The notes under the pieces: generated by a model
Seen by the model: only the letters and a program-made list of their open reading frames with translations
What the model was told of the DNA's origin: nothing
Databases searched by the model: none
Program-made: the position numbers and the translations under genes
Shown here: positions 7,583 to 16,449 of the stretch, in pieces
Layout of the letters: each line of letters begins with the position of its first letter
How positions within the stretch are numbered: the stretch's first letter is position 1
IMG/VR virus record: IMGVR_UViG_3300025670_000138
Span: 1 to 39,375 of that record
Length of the DNA stretch: 39,375 nucleotides
Strand: one strand, 5' to 3'
Source of the DNA: a virus
Taxonomy: Duplodnaviria; Caudoviricetes

Positions 7583-9469
7583 ATGAATAATGATCAAATA
7601 ATAGTCGTTGATGCAGAATCTGATGGACTGTTAGAGACAGTTTCTAAAATACACTGTTTCAGCGCAACAGATTTAAAAACAAATACAGTAGAAAGTTTTA
7701 ACGACCAAAGAGTTTCGAAAAGATCTCTTTATGAAGGCGTAAAGACTTTTTCAAAAGCTAAAAAAATAATAGGACATAATTTCATTGCTTATGATAAGCC
7801 TTTGATTGATATGTTTTATAAAGATAACAAGATAAAACACGAGCAGCTTATTGATACGCTTGTTATGTCTCGTCTTGCTTATGCAGACAATAAATCTCTA
7901 AAGGCTACAGATTTCGCCTTGATGCGTAAGACAGGCCAAAAGTTTCAAGCAGGTTCTCATGGTTTAAAAGCTTGGGGAAGACGGTTAGATTTACTTAAAG
8001 GCAGTTATGGAGAAGGTGAAGATGTCTGGGCGGATTGGAATCAGGAGATGGAAACATACTGTGAACAAGATACTAGAGTAACAACTAAACTCTTTAGATA
8101 TCTTTCTGCTAAGAAAATGGATAAAAGAGCTATCAGATTAGAGCATGACGTTGCAGAAATTATTGCAAGACAAATGCGTAATGGCTGGCAGTTTGACACA
8201 AATAAAGCTGAAGAATTAGCTGTTAAATTAACTGGTGAAAAGCTTCAGTTAATACATGATCTTCAAAAGATCTACACAGGATGGTTTAAGCAGTCAGGTA
8301 AAGTTTTTACACCGGCTCGAGATAACGCTTCTTCAGGTTATGTAAAAGGGGCTCCGCTTTCTAAGATCGTTTGGAATACCTTTAATCCTGGTTCAGGACA
8401 ACAGATAGCTCATGTTTTAGTTAAATATCATGGATGGGTTCCTACTGTTTTCACTGATAAAGGTAATATCTCTACGACAGCTGATGTTCTTGAAGAGATA
8501 GAACTTCCGAATATCAAAGAGATTCAACATTATCTAAAAGTTGCTAAGTTATTGTCTCAACTTTCTACAGGTAAAAAAGGTTGGCTAAAGGCTGTTAAAC
8601 CTGACGGAAGAATCTATGGGTCTGTTAATTCAAATGGTGCAGCTACAGGCAGAATGACTCATTCAGGCCCTAACTTAGCTCAAGTTCCAGCGTCAGGAAG
8701 TTTTCTTGGTGATGACTGTAGATCTTTATTTATAGTTCCTAAAGGCAAAAAACTTGTTGGGTGTGATGCTTCCGGATTAGAGCTTAGATGTCTAGCGCAT
8801 TATTTAGCGCGTTGGGATAAAGGTGCTTATGCTGATATCACTGAAAATGGTGATGTGCATGAAGCCAATATGGTGGCTGCAGGTTTCCGTAAATTAGAGA
8901 CTTTTGAGCACATAAAAGAGAAGAAAGCTCGTAAGAAATTTATAGCTAAAGAAAGAGGGGAAGCAAAGACATTCATTTATACCTATTTATATGGTGGTGG
9001 TAATGAATTAATCGCAGTTCGTCTTGAGTGTACTGTAGCTCAAGCTAAGAAAATAAGAGGAAACTTTGATAAAAATTTGATGGGACTTAAGCAACTCAAA
9101 GATGCTGTTGCTAAGACTATTAAAACTAAAGGATATCTTACAGGTCTTGATGGTAGACGTCTTTATAGTCGATCAGAGCACTCAGCGTTAAATCTTTTAC
9201 TACAAAGCTGTGGAGCAGTTGTTATGAAACAAGCATTAGTTAATTTAGATAGAAGTCTAAAGAAAGAAGGAATGGTTGATGGCGTTCATTTTAAGTTTGT
9301 CGGAAATATTCATGATGAATTTCAAATAGAAGTTGATGAAGATAAAGCAGAGTTGGTCGGAAGATTAGCTGTAGAAGCTATTAGAAAAGTAACACAAGAT
9401 TTTGACATGAAAGTTCAGCTTGATGGAGGCTATGATGTTGGAGATTCTTGGAAAGATACACATGAATAA
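7583..9469 (+). CDS. Family A DNA polymerase with 3'-5' exonuclease (T7 gp5-like)
   Basis: DAESD, GHNFIAYD and YCEQD exonuclease motifs; TGR, DASGLELR, KTFIY..LYG and NIHDE polymerase motifs. Confidence 0.97.
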   Translation: MNNDQIIVVDAESDGLLETVSKIHCFSATDLKTNTVESFNDQRVSKRSLYEGVKTFSKAKKIIGHNFIAYDKPLIDMFYKDNKIKHEQLIDTLVMSRLAYADNKSLKATDFALMRKTGQKFQAGSHGLKAWGRRLDLLKGSYGEGEDVWADWNQEMETYCEQDTRVTTKLFRYLSAKKMDKRAIRLEHDVAEIIARQMRNGWQFDTNKAEELAVKLTGEKLQLIHDLQKIYTGWFKQSGKVFTPARDNASSGYVKGAPLSKIVWNTFNPGSGQQIAHVLVKYHGWVPTVFTDKGNISTTADVLEEIELPNIKEIQHYLKVAKLLSQLSTGKKGWLKAVKPDGRIYGSVNSNGAATGRMTHSGPNLAQVPASGSFLGDDCRSLFIVPKGKKLVGCDASGLELRCLAHYLARWDKGAYADITENGDVHEANMVAAGFRKLETFEHIKEKKARKKFIAKERGEAKTFIYTYLYGGGNELIAVRLECTVAQAKKIRGNFDKNLMGLKQLKDAVAKTIKTKGYLTGLDGRRLYSRSEHSALNLLLQSCGAVVMKQALVNLDRSLKKEGMVDGVHFKFVGNIHDEFQIEVDEDKAELVGRLAVEAIRKVTQDFDMKVQLDGGYDVGDSWKDTHE

Positions 9470-9481
9470 AAGAGGAAAAAA

Positions 9482-9661
9482 ATGAAGATAAAAACAGCAT
9501 TTCTTCATATTGAATTTGAAGGCGCTGCTTTTTTCGTTCAAGGGATGTATAGGATAGTGGAAGTAACAAGGATGTTAGAAGAATACCATAACGAAACTGA
9601 TGAAAAACAGAAAGAATTCTTAGGACTAACGCTTATAGAAAAAATTAAAGAAAAACAATAA
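9482..9661 (+). CDS. Hypothetical protein (59 aa, MKIKTAFLHIEF...)
   Basis: Read manually; AGAGGA RBS; fills the gap after the polymerase. Confidence 0.65.
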   Translation: MKIKTAFLHIEFEGAAFFVQGMYRIVEVTRMLEEYHNETDEKQKEFLGLTLIEKIKEKQ

Positions 9662-9681
9662 TAAAAAGAGAGAGAAACATT

Positions 9682-10044
9682 ATGGAATACAAAATTAATA
9701 AAAATTGGAGAGAGACTGCATCAAAAAAGATGATGTACGAAGCTACTTCTAGATCAAAACAATACGATTATCCGATAAATATAACTTTTGAAGATATCGA
9801 AATCCCTGAAAAGTGTCCTATTTTAGGTCTGACTTTAAAGCCGGCATGGGGGACAGGGGTAGCTTCAGATAGCTCTCCGAGTCTAGACAGGATTATTCCG
9901 GAGCTAGGTTATACAAAAGGAAATATACAAGTCTTATCAGCAAGAGCTAATAATTTAAAACGAGATGGGTGCGCTGAGGAACATAGACTTATTTACGAAT
10001 ATATCTCAAACATTTTCAAGGAAGAAACTAATGAAAAAATTTAA
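9682..10044 (+). CDS. His-Me finger / HNH-like endonuclease family protein
   Basis: CPILG...SPSLDRIIPELGYTKGNIQVLS.RAN..K pattern. Confidence 0.75.
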   Translation: MEYKINKNWRETASKKMMYEATSRSKQYDYPINITFEDIEIPEKCPILGLTLKPAWGTGVASDSSPSLDRIIPELGYTKGNIQVLSARANNLKRDGCAEEHRLIYEYISNIFKEETNEKI

Positions 10045-10231
10045 ACAAACAGTAATCTTAAGTGTTCTTTTAGTGATGCTTAATGGTTGCTCTGTGGCTC
10101 AAATAATGACTGCACTTACAGTAACTAGAGAAGTAACTATGTGTGCTATAGGTGTCTATAAAGAAGCTATAAATGATGATTGTGAAGAAGAGGTTGTTAT
10201 TGATAAGGAGGTTCTAGATGTTTCTAAATAG
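10031..10231 (+). CDS. Small lipoprotein (66 aa)
   Basis: From ATG 10031: MKKFKQTVILSVLLVMLNG-C, i.e. basic N-terminus, hydrophobic core and lipobox LNGC; AAGGAAG upstream. Confidence 0.7.
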   Translation: MKKFKQTVILSVLLVMLNGCSVAQIMTALTVTREVTMCAIGVYKEAINDDCEEEVVIDKEVLDVSK

Positions 10232-10589
10232 TTTAATACTAGAGCATATAAGAGAGACAAATAAATACCGAATTAAGGAAGATTTCTTATATAAAACAAC
10301 AAGAGGTTTTAAGTTAACAGTGCCTGCTGGGACTATTAGTGATTTAGCATCTATTCCTAGACTCGCTAAGTTCATCATTGATGATAACGATCCTCATATA
10401 TTAGAAGGCGCTGTTGTTCACGATCTCCTCTATGGAATGATAAGAGAAACTAAAGATGTATCAAGGCTTAGAAGGAATGCAGATATTATCTTAAGAGATG
10501 CTATGAAAGAACTAAAAGCTCCCTATTGGAAACATACCTTAGTTTACTACGTTGTGAGAGTCTTTGGGGGGTCTCATGTTAAAAGTTGA
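10218..10589 (+). CDS. DUF1353 family protein
   Basis: VPAG..SDLASIP...AVVHDLLY...AD..L..AM...Y..VR.FG signature. Confidence 0.8.
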   Translation: MFLNSLILEHIRETNKYRIKEDFLYKTTRGFKLTVPAGTISDLASIPRLAKFIIDDNDPHILEGAVVHDLLYGMIRETKDVSRLRRNADIILRDAMKELKAPYWKHTLVYYVVRVFGGSHVKS

Positions 10590-11328
10590 TGGAGATATGA
10601 TTGTCTTTCCTGCAGCTATTATTAGTCAAGAAGAAAATCCATTTGATCCTGAGGCACCTTTAATTTTAGATTTTGAAAAAGCAAAAAGTAAAGCTATAGC
10701 TCTAATTAAAGATAAGCAAAAAATACTTGACGATGATGAAATTATTTTAACATTTAGTTGTAGTCGTGAAGATAACTGGAGACGTAAGTATTTACCCTCA
10801 TATAAAGCAGATAGAGAACCTTCTCCACTTTTAATACCGCAACTTAAAGAGTTCTTATCTGAAGAATATCATGTAATAACAAATTCTTGTTTAGAAGCTG
10901 ATGATCTTTTAGCAATGATGCAAGACCCTGAAGATGTTAATTCTATTGTCTGTTCAGGTGATAAAGACATGTTCACAATTCCTGGAAGAACATATCTATG
11001 GAATCGTAAGATCGATAAGACTCAAACTTTAAGAGAAGCTAATGAGTTTCATTTTGAACAGGTTCTTCAAGGAGATAGAACTGATGGATATTTTGGATGC
11101 CCTGGAATAGGCCCAGCGAAAGCTAAGAAAATTCTAGCAGAATTCAAAGAGATTAACTGTGAGATCGAGTATCAACAGGCAGTTTGGGAAAAACTAATAG
11201 AAACATTTGCTAAAAAAGACTTAACTGAAGAGGACTTAAAGATTCAATATTATGTGTCTAGGTTACTTAGAAAAGGAGAGTTCGACTTTAAGAAGAAAGA
11301 AGTCAAACTTTTAGATTTTTTAAAATAA
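10576..11328 (+). CDS. 5'-3' exonuclease (T7 gp6-like)
   Basis: VDGD, YKADR, LEADD, SGDKD, GDRTDGY.GCPGIG motifs; ATG 10576 preferred to TTG 10564. Confidence 0.93.
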   Translation: MLKVDGDMIVFPAAIISQEENPFDPEAPLILDFEKAKSKAIALIKDKQKILDDDEIILTFSCSREDNWRRKYLPSYKADREPSPLLIPQLKEFLSEEYHVITNSCLEADDLLAMMQDPEDVNSIVCSGDKDMFTIPGRTYLWNRKIDKTQTLREANEFHFEQVLQGDRTDGYFGCPGIGPAKAKKILAEFKEINCEIEYQQAVWEKLIETFAKKDLTEEDLKIQYYVSRLLRKGEFDFKKKEVKLLDFLK

Positions 11329-11348
11329 ATAAAAAGAGAGAGAAAAAT

Positions 11349-11801
11349 ATGAATGAAAAAGATAAAGGAGTTAAATTCGATTCCGGAAAATATATGATGC
11401 ATTTGGTGCCTCTAGAGGCTCTAAAAGAAGTAGCTAAAGTCTTCACGTATGGTGCTAAGAAATACACAGCAGATAATTGGCGTAAAGGTATGTCTTTTAG
11501 TCGTTACTTTAATGCAGCTGAAAGACATCTCCAAGCTTTCTGGCTTAATGAAAATATAGACGAAGAATCAGGGTTACCTCATTTAGCTCATGCTATATGT
11601 AACCTTATGATGCTCTATGTTTATTCGAGTGTCTCAAGGTACATAGAGTTTGATGATAGATTAAAAGAAGAAAAGAACGTAAAAAATAAGAGTATTCACG
11701 AGGAAAACCATGACATTTTAAAAAGAGAAGTAGCTTTATGGAACTCCGGTGATATAAGACGTTCCTTTTTAAAAGAAGATTCAGATTTTTGGAATAACTA
11801 A
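11349..11801 (+). CDS. dATP/dGTP diphosphohydrolase-like (DUF5664) protein
   Basis: GVKFDSGK..LVP...V..YGAKKY..NW.KG...RH...D.ESGLPHLAHA..N. Confidence 0.8.
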   Translation: MNEKDKGVKFDSGKYMMHLVPLEALKEVAKVFTYGAKKYTADNWRKGMSFSRYFNAAERHLQAFWLNENIDEESGLPHLAHAICNLMMLYVYSSVSRYIEFDDRLKEEKNVKNKSIHEENHDILKREVALWNSGDIRRSFLKEDSDFWNN

Positions 11802-11817
11802 AATAGAAGGAAAGATA

Positions 11818-12030
11818 ATGAGCGATAAAATTTTAATATTACAAAAACATGATGATACTTACTTAGAGATTTCTGAAGATCTAATGGAATATCTAAAAGA
11901 TACTTTCGCGAGTTTCGAAGTGAAGCCGCATATGACTCCCAATGATATCTATTATAAAGCTGGAAAAAGAGAGGTCTATGAGCATCTAAAAGCGCTCCAT
12001 GAGACATTTAAAGAAAATAAAAACAATTAA
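11818..12030 (+). CDS. Small conserved podovirus protein (gp6.5 position)
   Basis: IYYKAGKREV motif and position before the virion genes. Confidence 0.6.
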   Translation: MSDKILILQKHDDTYLEISEDLMEYLKDTFASFEVKPHMTPNDIYYKAGKREVYEHLKALHETFKENKNN

Positions 12031-12052
12031 TTAAAAATATAAGGAAATAATT

Positions 12053-12322
12053 ATGTGTGGAGGAACAAAAACACCAAAACCATTGAAAGTTAAAGAACCC
12101 GTTACACCCCCAATTATGGGAGCAAACCCTAAATCAACAGAATTAAAAAGGAATAAAAGAGGTAAAAGTTCTCTTACAAAATCACGTATACCTACTTCAA
12201 CAGAAGGTCTACAGATTTCATCTAAAAAGAATTCTGGAGAAAAACCAAAGAATTCTGGAGAAAAATCAAAAGTGTTCGGTTTATGGCTTTCTAATTTAGT
12301 TAAAAACAGGGTTAGAAAATAA
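12053..12322 (+). CDS. Small basic virion-associated protein (gp6.7/gp7.3-like)
   Basis: MCGG start, Pro/Lys-rich, RGKSSL..GLQI; directly upstream of portal. Confidence 0.6.
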   Translation: MCGGTKTPKPLKVKEPVTPPIMGANPKSTELKRNKRGKSSLTKSRIPTSTEGLQISSKKNSGEKPKNSGEKSKVFGLWLSNLVKNRVRK

Positions 12323-12340
12323 CTATAAAAGGAATTTATA

Positions 12341-13909
12341 ATGGCAAATCTGCTAGAAACGAGCGCTTCTCGTTACAAAACATTAGAGCAAGAAAGGCAG
12401 CCATATCTAGATAGAGCAAGGGAATGTTCAGCATTAACTTTACCCGCTATTATGCCTCCTGATAATACTTCAGGCAAAGATAAATTAGATACTCCATATC
12501 AAGCTTTAGGTGCGCGAGGTGTTAATCACTTAGCTGCAAAACTTGGTTTAACACTCTTTCCACCAAACTCAAGTTTCTTTAGACTCTCTATGACTGAAAA
12601 GGTTCTAGCGGAAGCTGGGATGTCTGAGGATGCAAGAACAGAAGTAGAAGAAACATTAGCTTCTTTTGAAAGAGCTTTGATGACTGAAGTTGAAGAAAAG
12701 GCTTATAGATCTAAACTTATAACAGCAATCAAAAACTTGATAATCTCTGGTAATGTTTGTCTGTATATAAGTGAAGATGGTATTAGAGTTTTTAAACTTT
12801 CTGATTATGTCTGTGTTAGAGACTCCTCAGGGAATCTGTTAGAGTCAATTACTAAAGAAGCAATCTCTATCCATGCATTATCTGAAGAAATTATAGCTGA
12901 GGCTGATCTTCAAGAAAAACTAGATGAAGAGAAACGCTCAGATGAAGAATTAGACTTATATACGCATGCTTATCTCGATAAAGGCGTTATGAATGTCTAT
13001 CAAGAAATTAATGGTGTTGCTTTAGAATCTACACGAAGTGAATATCCACAAGCAGAATCTCCTTTTGTTGTCATAAGATACGCTGTGATTGATGGGGAGA
13101 ATTACGGAAGAGGTTTATGTGAAGAATATTTAGGTGATCTTAAAACTTATGATTTACTTAATAAAGTTCTTTTAGAAGCTTCAGCAGCTGCAGCTAAAAT
13201 CTTATATTTTGTTAATCCTAATGGTGTCACAAATAAACAAAAGATAGCTAAAGCAAAGAATGGTGATGTTGTCTCAGGAAACGCTGGTGATGTTTCAATC
13301 TTACAATTAAATAAGTCACATGATTTATCAATAGCTTCTAATCAGGCAAAAGAGATTGAACAAAGATTATCCTATGCATTCATGATGCAATCAGCTATTC
13401 AAAGAGGTGGAGAAAGGGTTACAGCTGGAGAAATTAGGTATATGGCAAGTGAGTTAGAAGATAGTCTAGGTGGTGTTTATTCAACCTTATCTTTAGAACT
13501 TCAACTTCCTTTAGTCGCTAGACTTTTATCTGTACTTCAGAAAGCAGGGAAACTTCCTGAACTTCCAAATAACACAGTTAAACCTGTGATTTCAACAGGT
13601 ATTGAAGCTTTAGGACGTGGGCATGATATTGCTAAATTAGATACATTTATGCAAAAAATCTTACCTTTAGGACCTGAAGTTATTGCTAAAGTTTTAAACA
13701 CTGATGACTTTATTAAAAGAGTTGCTAATGGTTTGTCTATAGACACTCAAACTCTTATAAAAACAACAGAACAAATACAGCAAGAACAACAACAAGAAAT
13801 GGCTATGCAACAGCAACAAGGCTTAGGTGCAGGAGGCGGTATGGATGCTTTGAATAGTCCTGAAATGCAGGAAATGATTCAACAAGCAACAGGCGCTTTA
13901 CAACAATAA
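12341..13909 (+). CDS. Head-to-tail connector / portal (T7 gp8-like)
   Basis: GARGVNHLAAKL..LFPPN..FFRL, GENYGRG, ERVTAGEIR, LGGVYS and EALGRG motifs. Confidence 0.97.
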   Translation: MANLLETSASRYKTLEQERQPYLDRARECSALTLPAIMPPDNTSGKDKLDTPYQALGARGVNHLAAKLGLTLFPPNSSFFRLSMTEKVLAEAGMSEDARTEVEETLASFERALMTEVEEKAYRSKLITAIKNLIISGNVCLYISEDGIRVFKLSDYVCVRDSSGNLLESITKEAISIHALSEEIIAEADLQEKLDEEKRSDEELDLYTHAYLDKGVMNVYQEINGVALESTRSEYPQAESPFVVIRYAVIDGENYGRGLCEEYLGDLKTYDLLNKVLLEASAAAAKILYFVNPNGVTNKQKIAKAKNGDVVSGNAGDVSILQLNKSHDLSIASNQAKEIEQRLSYAFMMQSAIQRGGERVTAGEIRYMASELEDSLGGVYSTLSLELQLPLVARLLSVLQKAGKLPELPNNTVKPVISTGIEALGRGHDIAKLDTFMQKILPLGPEVIAKVLNTDDFIKRVANGLSIDTQTLIKTTEQIQQEQQQEMAMQQQQGLGAGGGMDALNSPEMQEMIQQATGALQQ

Positions 13910-13933
13910 TTTAAATTAAAAGAGAACTTAAAA

Positions 13934-14080
13934 ATGGCAGTAGTAAAAAAAGAAATAGCAAAAAAAGAAGTAGAAGCTAAAGAACCAGAAGTTATCGAAG
14001 GGGATGTAATCCTTAAAGGTGAGCCTGAAGGTGTAAGTATTCCAGGCGTTGGTAATTTACGTTTCGTAGAATCTAAATAA
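13934..14080 (+). CDS. Hypothetical protein (48 aa, MAVVKKEIAKKE...)
   Basis: Read manually; AGAG upstream; fills the portal-scaffold gap. Confidence 0.65.
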   Translation: MAVVKKEIAKKEVEAKEPEVIEGDVILKGEPEGVSIPGVGNLRFVESK

Positions 14081-14095
14081 TAAAAAGGAAAGATC

Positions 14096-14806
14096 ATGAC
14101 AGTAGAGAAAAATGAAGAAGTAGAAAATGAAGAAGTTCTTGAAGAAAATAATGAGCTTCCTTCTGATAAAGAAGAAAACACTGAAGATTCGGGCAATTCT
14201 GAAGATAATAACTCAGATGAGTCGGATGGCACTTCTGAATCTGAAGGTAAATCTGAAGAAGATGAAGGTGAAGAAGAATTAACAGTAGATGAAATCTCTG
14301 AGCAGCTTGGTGTTGATATAAGTGATATGGATACTTACTACCAAGAAAACGGAGAGATAACTGAAGACCATTTTGAAAGACTCGAAAAAGCAGGAATTTC
14401 TAGGTCTGTGGTTGAACAGCACATTGAAGGACAAAAATTATTACAAGAGCAATATAACAACAAAGCAGCGGAAGCTGTAGGTGGGATGGAAGCTTTTACT
14501 GAAATCGCAGCTTGGGCTGTTGAAAACTTAGATGAAGGATACATTTCAGAGATAGATGAAGGTTTATCTTCTCCTAATAAAGCGATACGTGAGGCCTCTC
14601 TTATGAGTCTTAAATCTCAATATGACGCTTCAAATGGAACAAAAGGCAAACAAGGACAATTAATTAAAGGAACATCTACAAGAGCTGGTACATCTCGTTA
14701 TGAAAATAATGAACAGCTTCGTGCAGACATGAATGATCCACGTTATGACTCTGATGAAGCTTTTCGTAGAAAAGTTATGAATAAAGTATCAAGAAGTAGT
14801 CTTTAA
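14096..14806 (+). CDS. Capsid scaffolding protein (T7 gp9-like)
   Basis: Acidic N-terminus, VGG.E.F..I..WA.ENL, C-terminal DMNDPRY..D.AFR..V. Confidence 0.92.
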   Translation: MTVEKNEEVENEEVLEENNELPSDKEENTEDSGNSEDNNSDESDGTSESEGKSEEDEGEEELTVDEISEQLGVDISDMDTYYQENGEITEDHFERLEKAGISRSVVEQHIEGQKLLQEQYNNKAAEAVGGMEAFTEIAAWAVENLDEGYISEIDEGLSSPNKAIREASLMSLKSQYDASNGTKGKQGQLIKGTSTRAGTSRYENNEQLRADMNDPRYDSDEAFRRKVMNKVSRSSL

Positions 14807-14884
14807 ATAAATAAAGGGAAAGACTCTCGCCTTTCTAAAGGAGAGACATTTTATATATAAAATTTTAAATAAGGAAATTTAAAA

Positions 14885-15814
14885 ATGGCATTACAAAACT
14901 TAGGACAAGATAAATTAGCAGGTGATTTACAGGCGAATTTTAAAGTCATCGCTATGAACGAAGTTATCAAACAATTCGAATCTAAAGTTGAAATGGTTGA
15001 TAAACATACAGTTAGAACTATTAAGTCTGGTAAATCAGCATCTTTTGATGTTATGGGCAAGACTGAAGGTTTAAATAACTATACAGGTGGTGTAGATACT
15101 AGCTTGTTAGCTGGACAAACTTCGCAAACTGTTATCAACGTTGCACATGATAATTACAATGGTATTACACGTATCGTTACTGAATTAGACGAAATTCAAA
15201 ATCATTTTGATGCTCGTAAAATTCTTACTGACGAGATGGGTTTAGCATTAGCTGTTGGTTATGATCAAGATGTTTACAAAGTGGGTGTTTTAGCTTCTAG
15301 AGCTCCAGCAACTTTCACTGGTGGAAATGCGGGTGGAAAGATTGTTTCTGCTGCTTTAGCGACTGATGGTGACGCAATCTTCTCTGCTATTTTAGCAGCT
15401 GAGACTAAATTGTTTGAAAACGGTGTACCCGCAGGTTCAGATGTTTACTGTGCATTACCTCCTGCTCAATATGCGTTGTTACGTGAGAGTACTAAAATCA
15501 TGAACAACCAATGGGGTGGAGATGGTTCTGCTAACTCTGCTAATGTCGGAATGGTCGGTGGTATTAAAGTTTATAGAACTATGAACTTACCTTCTACTGT
15601 AGTTTCTACAGGACCTGCAGCATATCAAGGTTCTTTCGTAAGCACTGTTGGTTTAATCTGGCACAAATCAGCTATCGCTACTGTAAATTTACTATCTGCA
15701 AACGTAGATGTTATCGAAGACAAGAAATTCAACCAAACTCTTTTAAGAGTACAAAGTGTTGTTGGTCACGGTATCTTACGTCCAGATGCGGCTATCGAGT
15801 TATCAGTACTTTAA
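14885..15814 (+). CDS. Major capsid protein (T7 gp10-like)
   Basis: RTIKSGKSASF..MG, EMG.ALA..YD and GHGILRPDAA motifs; followed by a terminator. Confidence 0.95.
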   Translation: MALQNLGQDKLAGDLQANFKVIAMNEVIKQFESKVEMVDKHTVRTIKSGKSASFDVMGKTEGLNNYTGGVDTSLLAGQTSQTVINVAHDNYNGITRIVTELDEIQNHFDARKILTDEMGLALAVGYDQDVYKVGVLASRAPATFTGGNAGGKIVSAALATDGDAIFSAILAAETKLFENGVPAGSDVYCALPPAQYALLRESTKIMNNQWGGDGSANSANVGMVGGIKVYRTMNLPSTVVSTGPAAYQGSFVSTVGLIWHKSAIATVNLLSANVDVIEDKKFNQTLLRVQSVVGHGILRPDAAIELSVL

Positions 15815-15832
15815 TCTGAAAAAAGCATAAAT

Positions 15833-15866
15833 AGCCCTGCATCTCTTTGAGATGCGGGGCTTTTTT
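15833..15866 (+). terminator. Intrinsic terminator after capsid (Tphi position)
   Basis: AGCCCTGCATCTC-TTT-GAGATGCGGGGCT followed by TTTTT. Confidence 0.9.
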
Positions 15867-15895
15867 ATTTAATTAATATAGAAATAGGAGTTCAC

Positions 15896-16447
15896 ATGGA
15901 TGAGCTAAAAGCAGTAAATATGATGTTGGAGAGCATAGGTGAAGCACCTATTTCTACATTAGTTACAACAGGACTATCTGATGGAGCAATAGCTAAGAGA
16001 GTCTTAGAAAGCACAAACACAGAAGTACAAGCAAAAAAATGGTACTTCAATACAGAATACAATTACCCATTAACACCAACTTTAGACAATGAAGTCACTA
16101 TCCCTTTAAATACTTTATTTATAGACGCAGATATTGGTGATTATACTAAAAGAGGGACAAGGCTTTATGATAAGTCTACACATTCATATACGATAACAGA
16201 AGCGCTTACAGCAACAATTACTTTAGAATTACCTTTTGATGAATTACCAATAACTTGTCAAGTTTATGTAGTAACTAAAGCCTCAAGGATTTTCCAAGAA
16301 AGAGTATTAGGTTCTCCACATTTATCACAACAATTAAGAGCAGATGAAGAAGAAGCAAGAATCGCTTTAATTATGTTCGACTCAGATATGTCTGATGATA
16401 ATATGTTGACAGACACTACTTTTATCTCTGAAATCTTGGAGAGATAA
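15896..16447 (+). CDS. Tail tubular protein A (T7 gp11-like)
   Basis: EL.AVN.ML.SIGEAP, Q...W.FNTE, RG.RLYD and ASR.FQ...LG motifs. Confidence 0.95.
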   Translation: MDELKAVNMMLESIGEAPISTLVTTGLSDGAIAKRVLESTNTEVQAKKWYFNTEYNYPLTPTLDNEVTIPLNTLFIDADIGDYTKRGTRLYDKSTHSYTITEALTATITLELPFDELPITCQVYVVTKASRIFQERVLGSPHLSQQLRADEEEARIALIMFDSDMSDDNMLTDTTFISEILER

Positions 16448-16449
16448 CT

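Noticed and set aside
7583-11801. 2-aminoadenine or 7-deazaguanine DNA modification system
   Set aside because: Only the diphosphohydrolase-like gene is present; no PurZ, DpdA or Que genes, and the polymerase looks like ordinary T7 type.
15780-15896. T7 gp10B-type frameshifted capsid extension
   Set aside because: No slippery sequence before the stop, and a terminator follows immediately.
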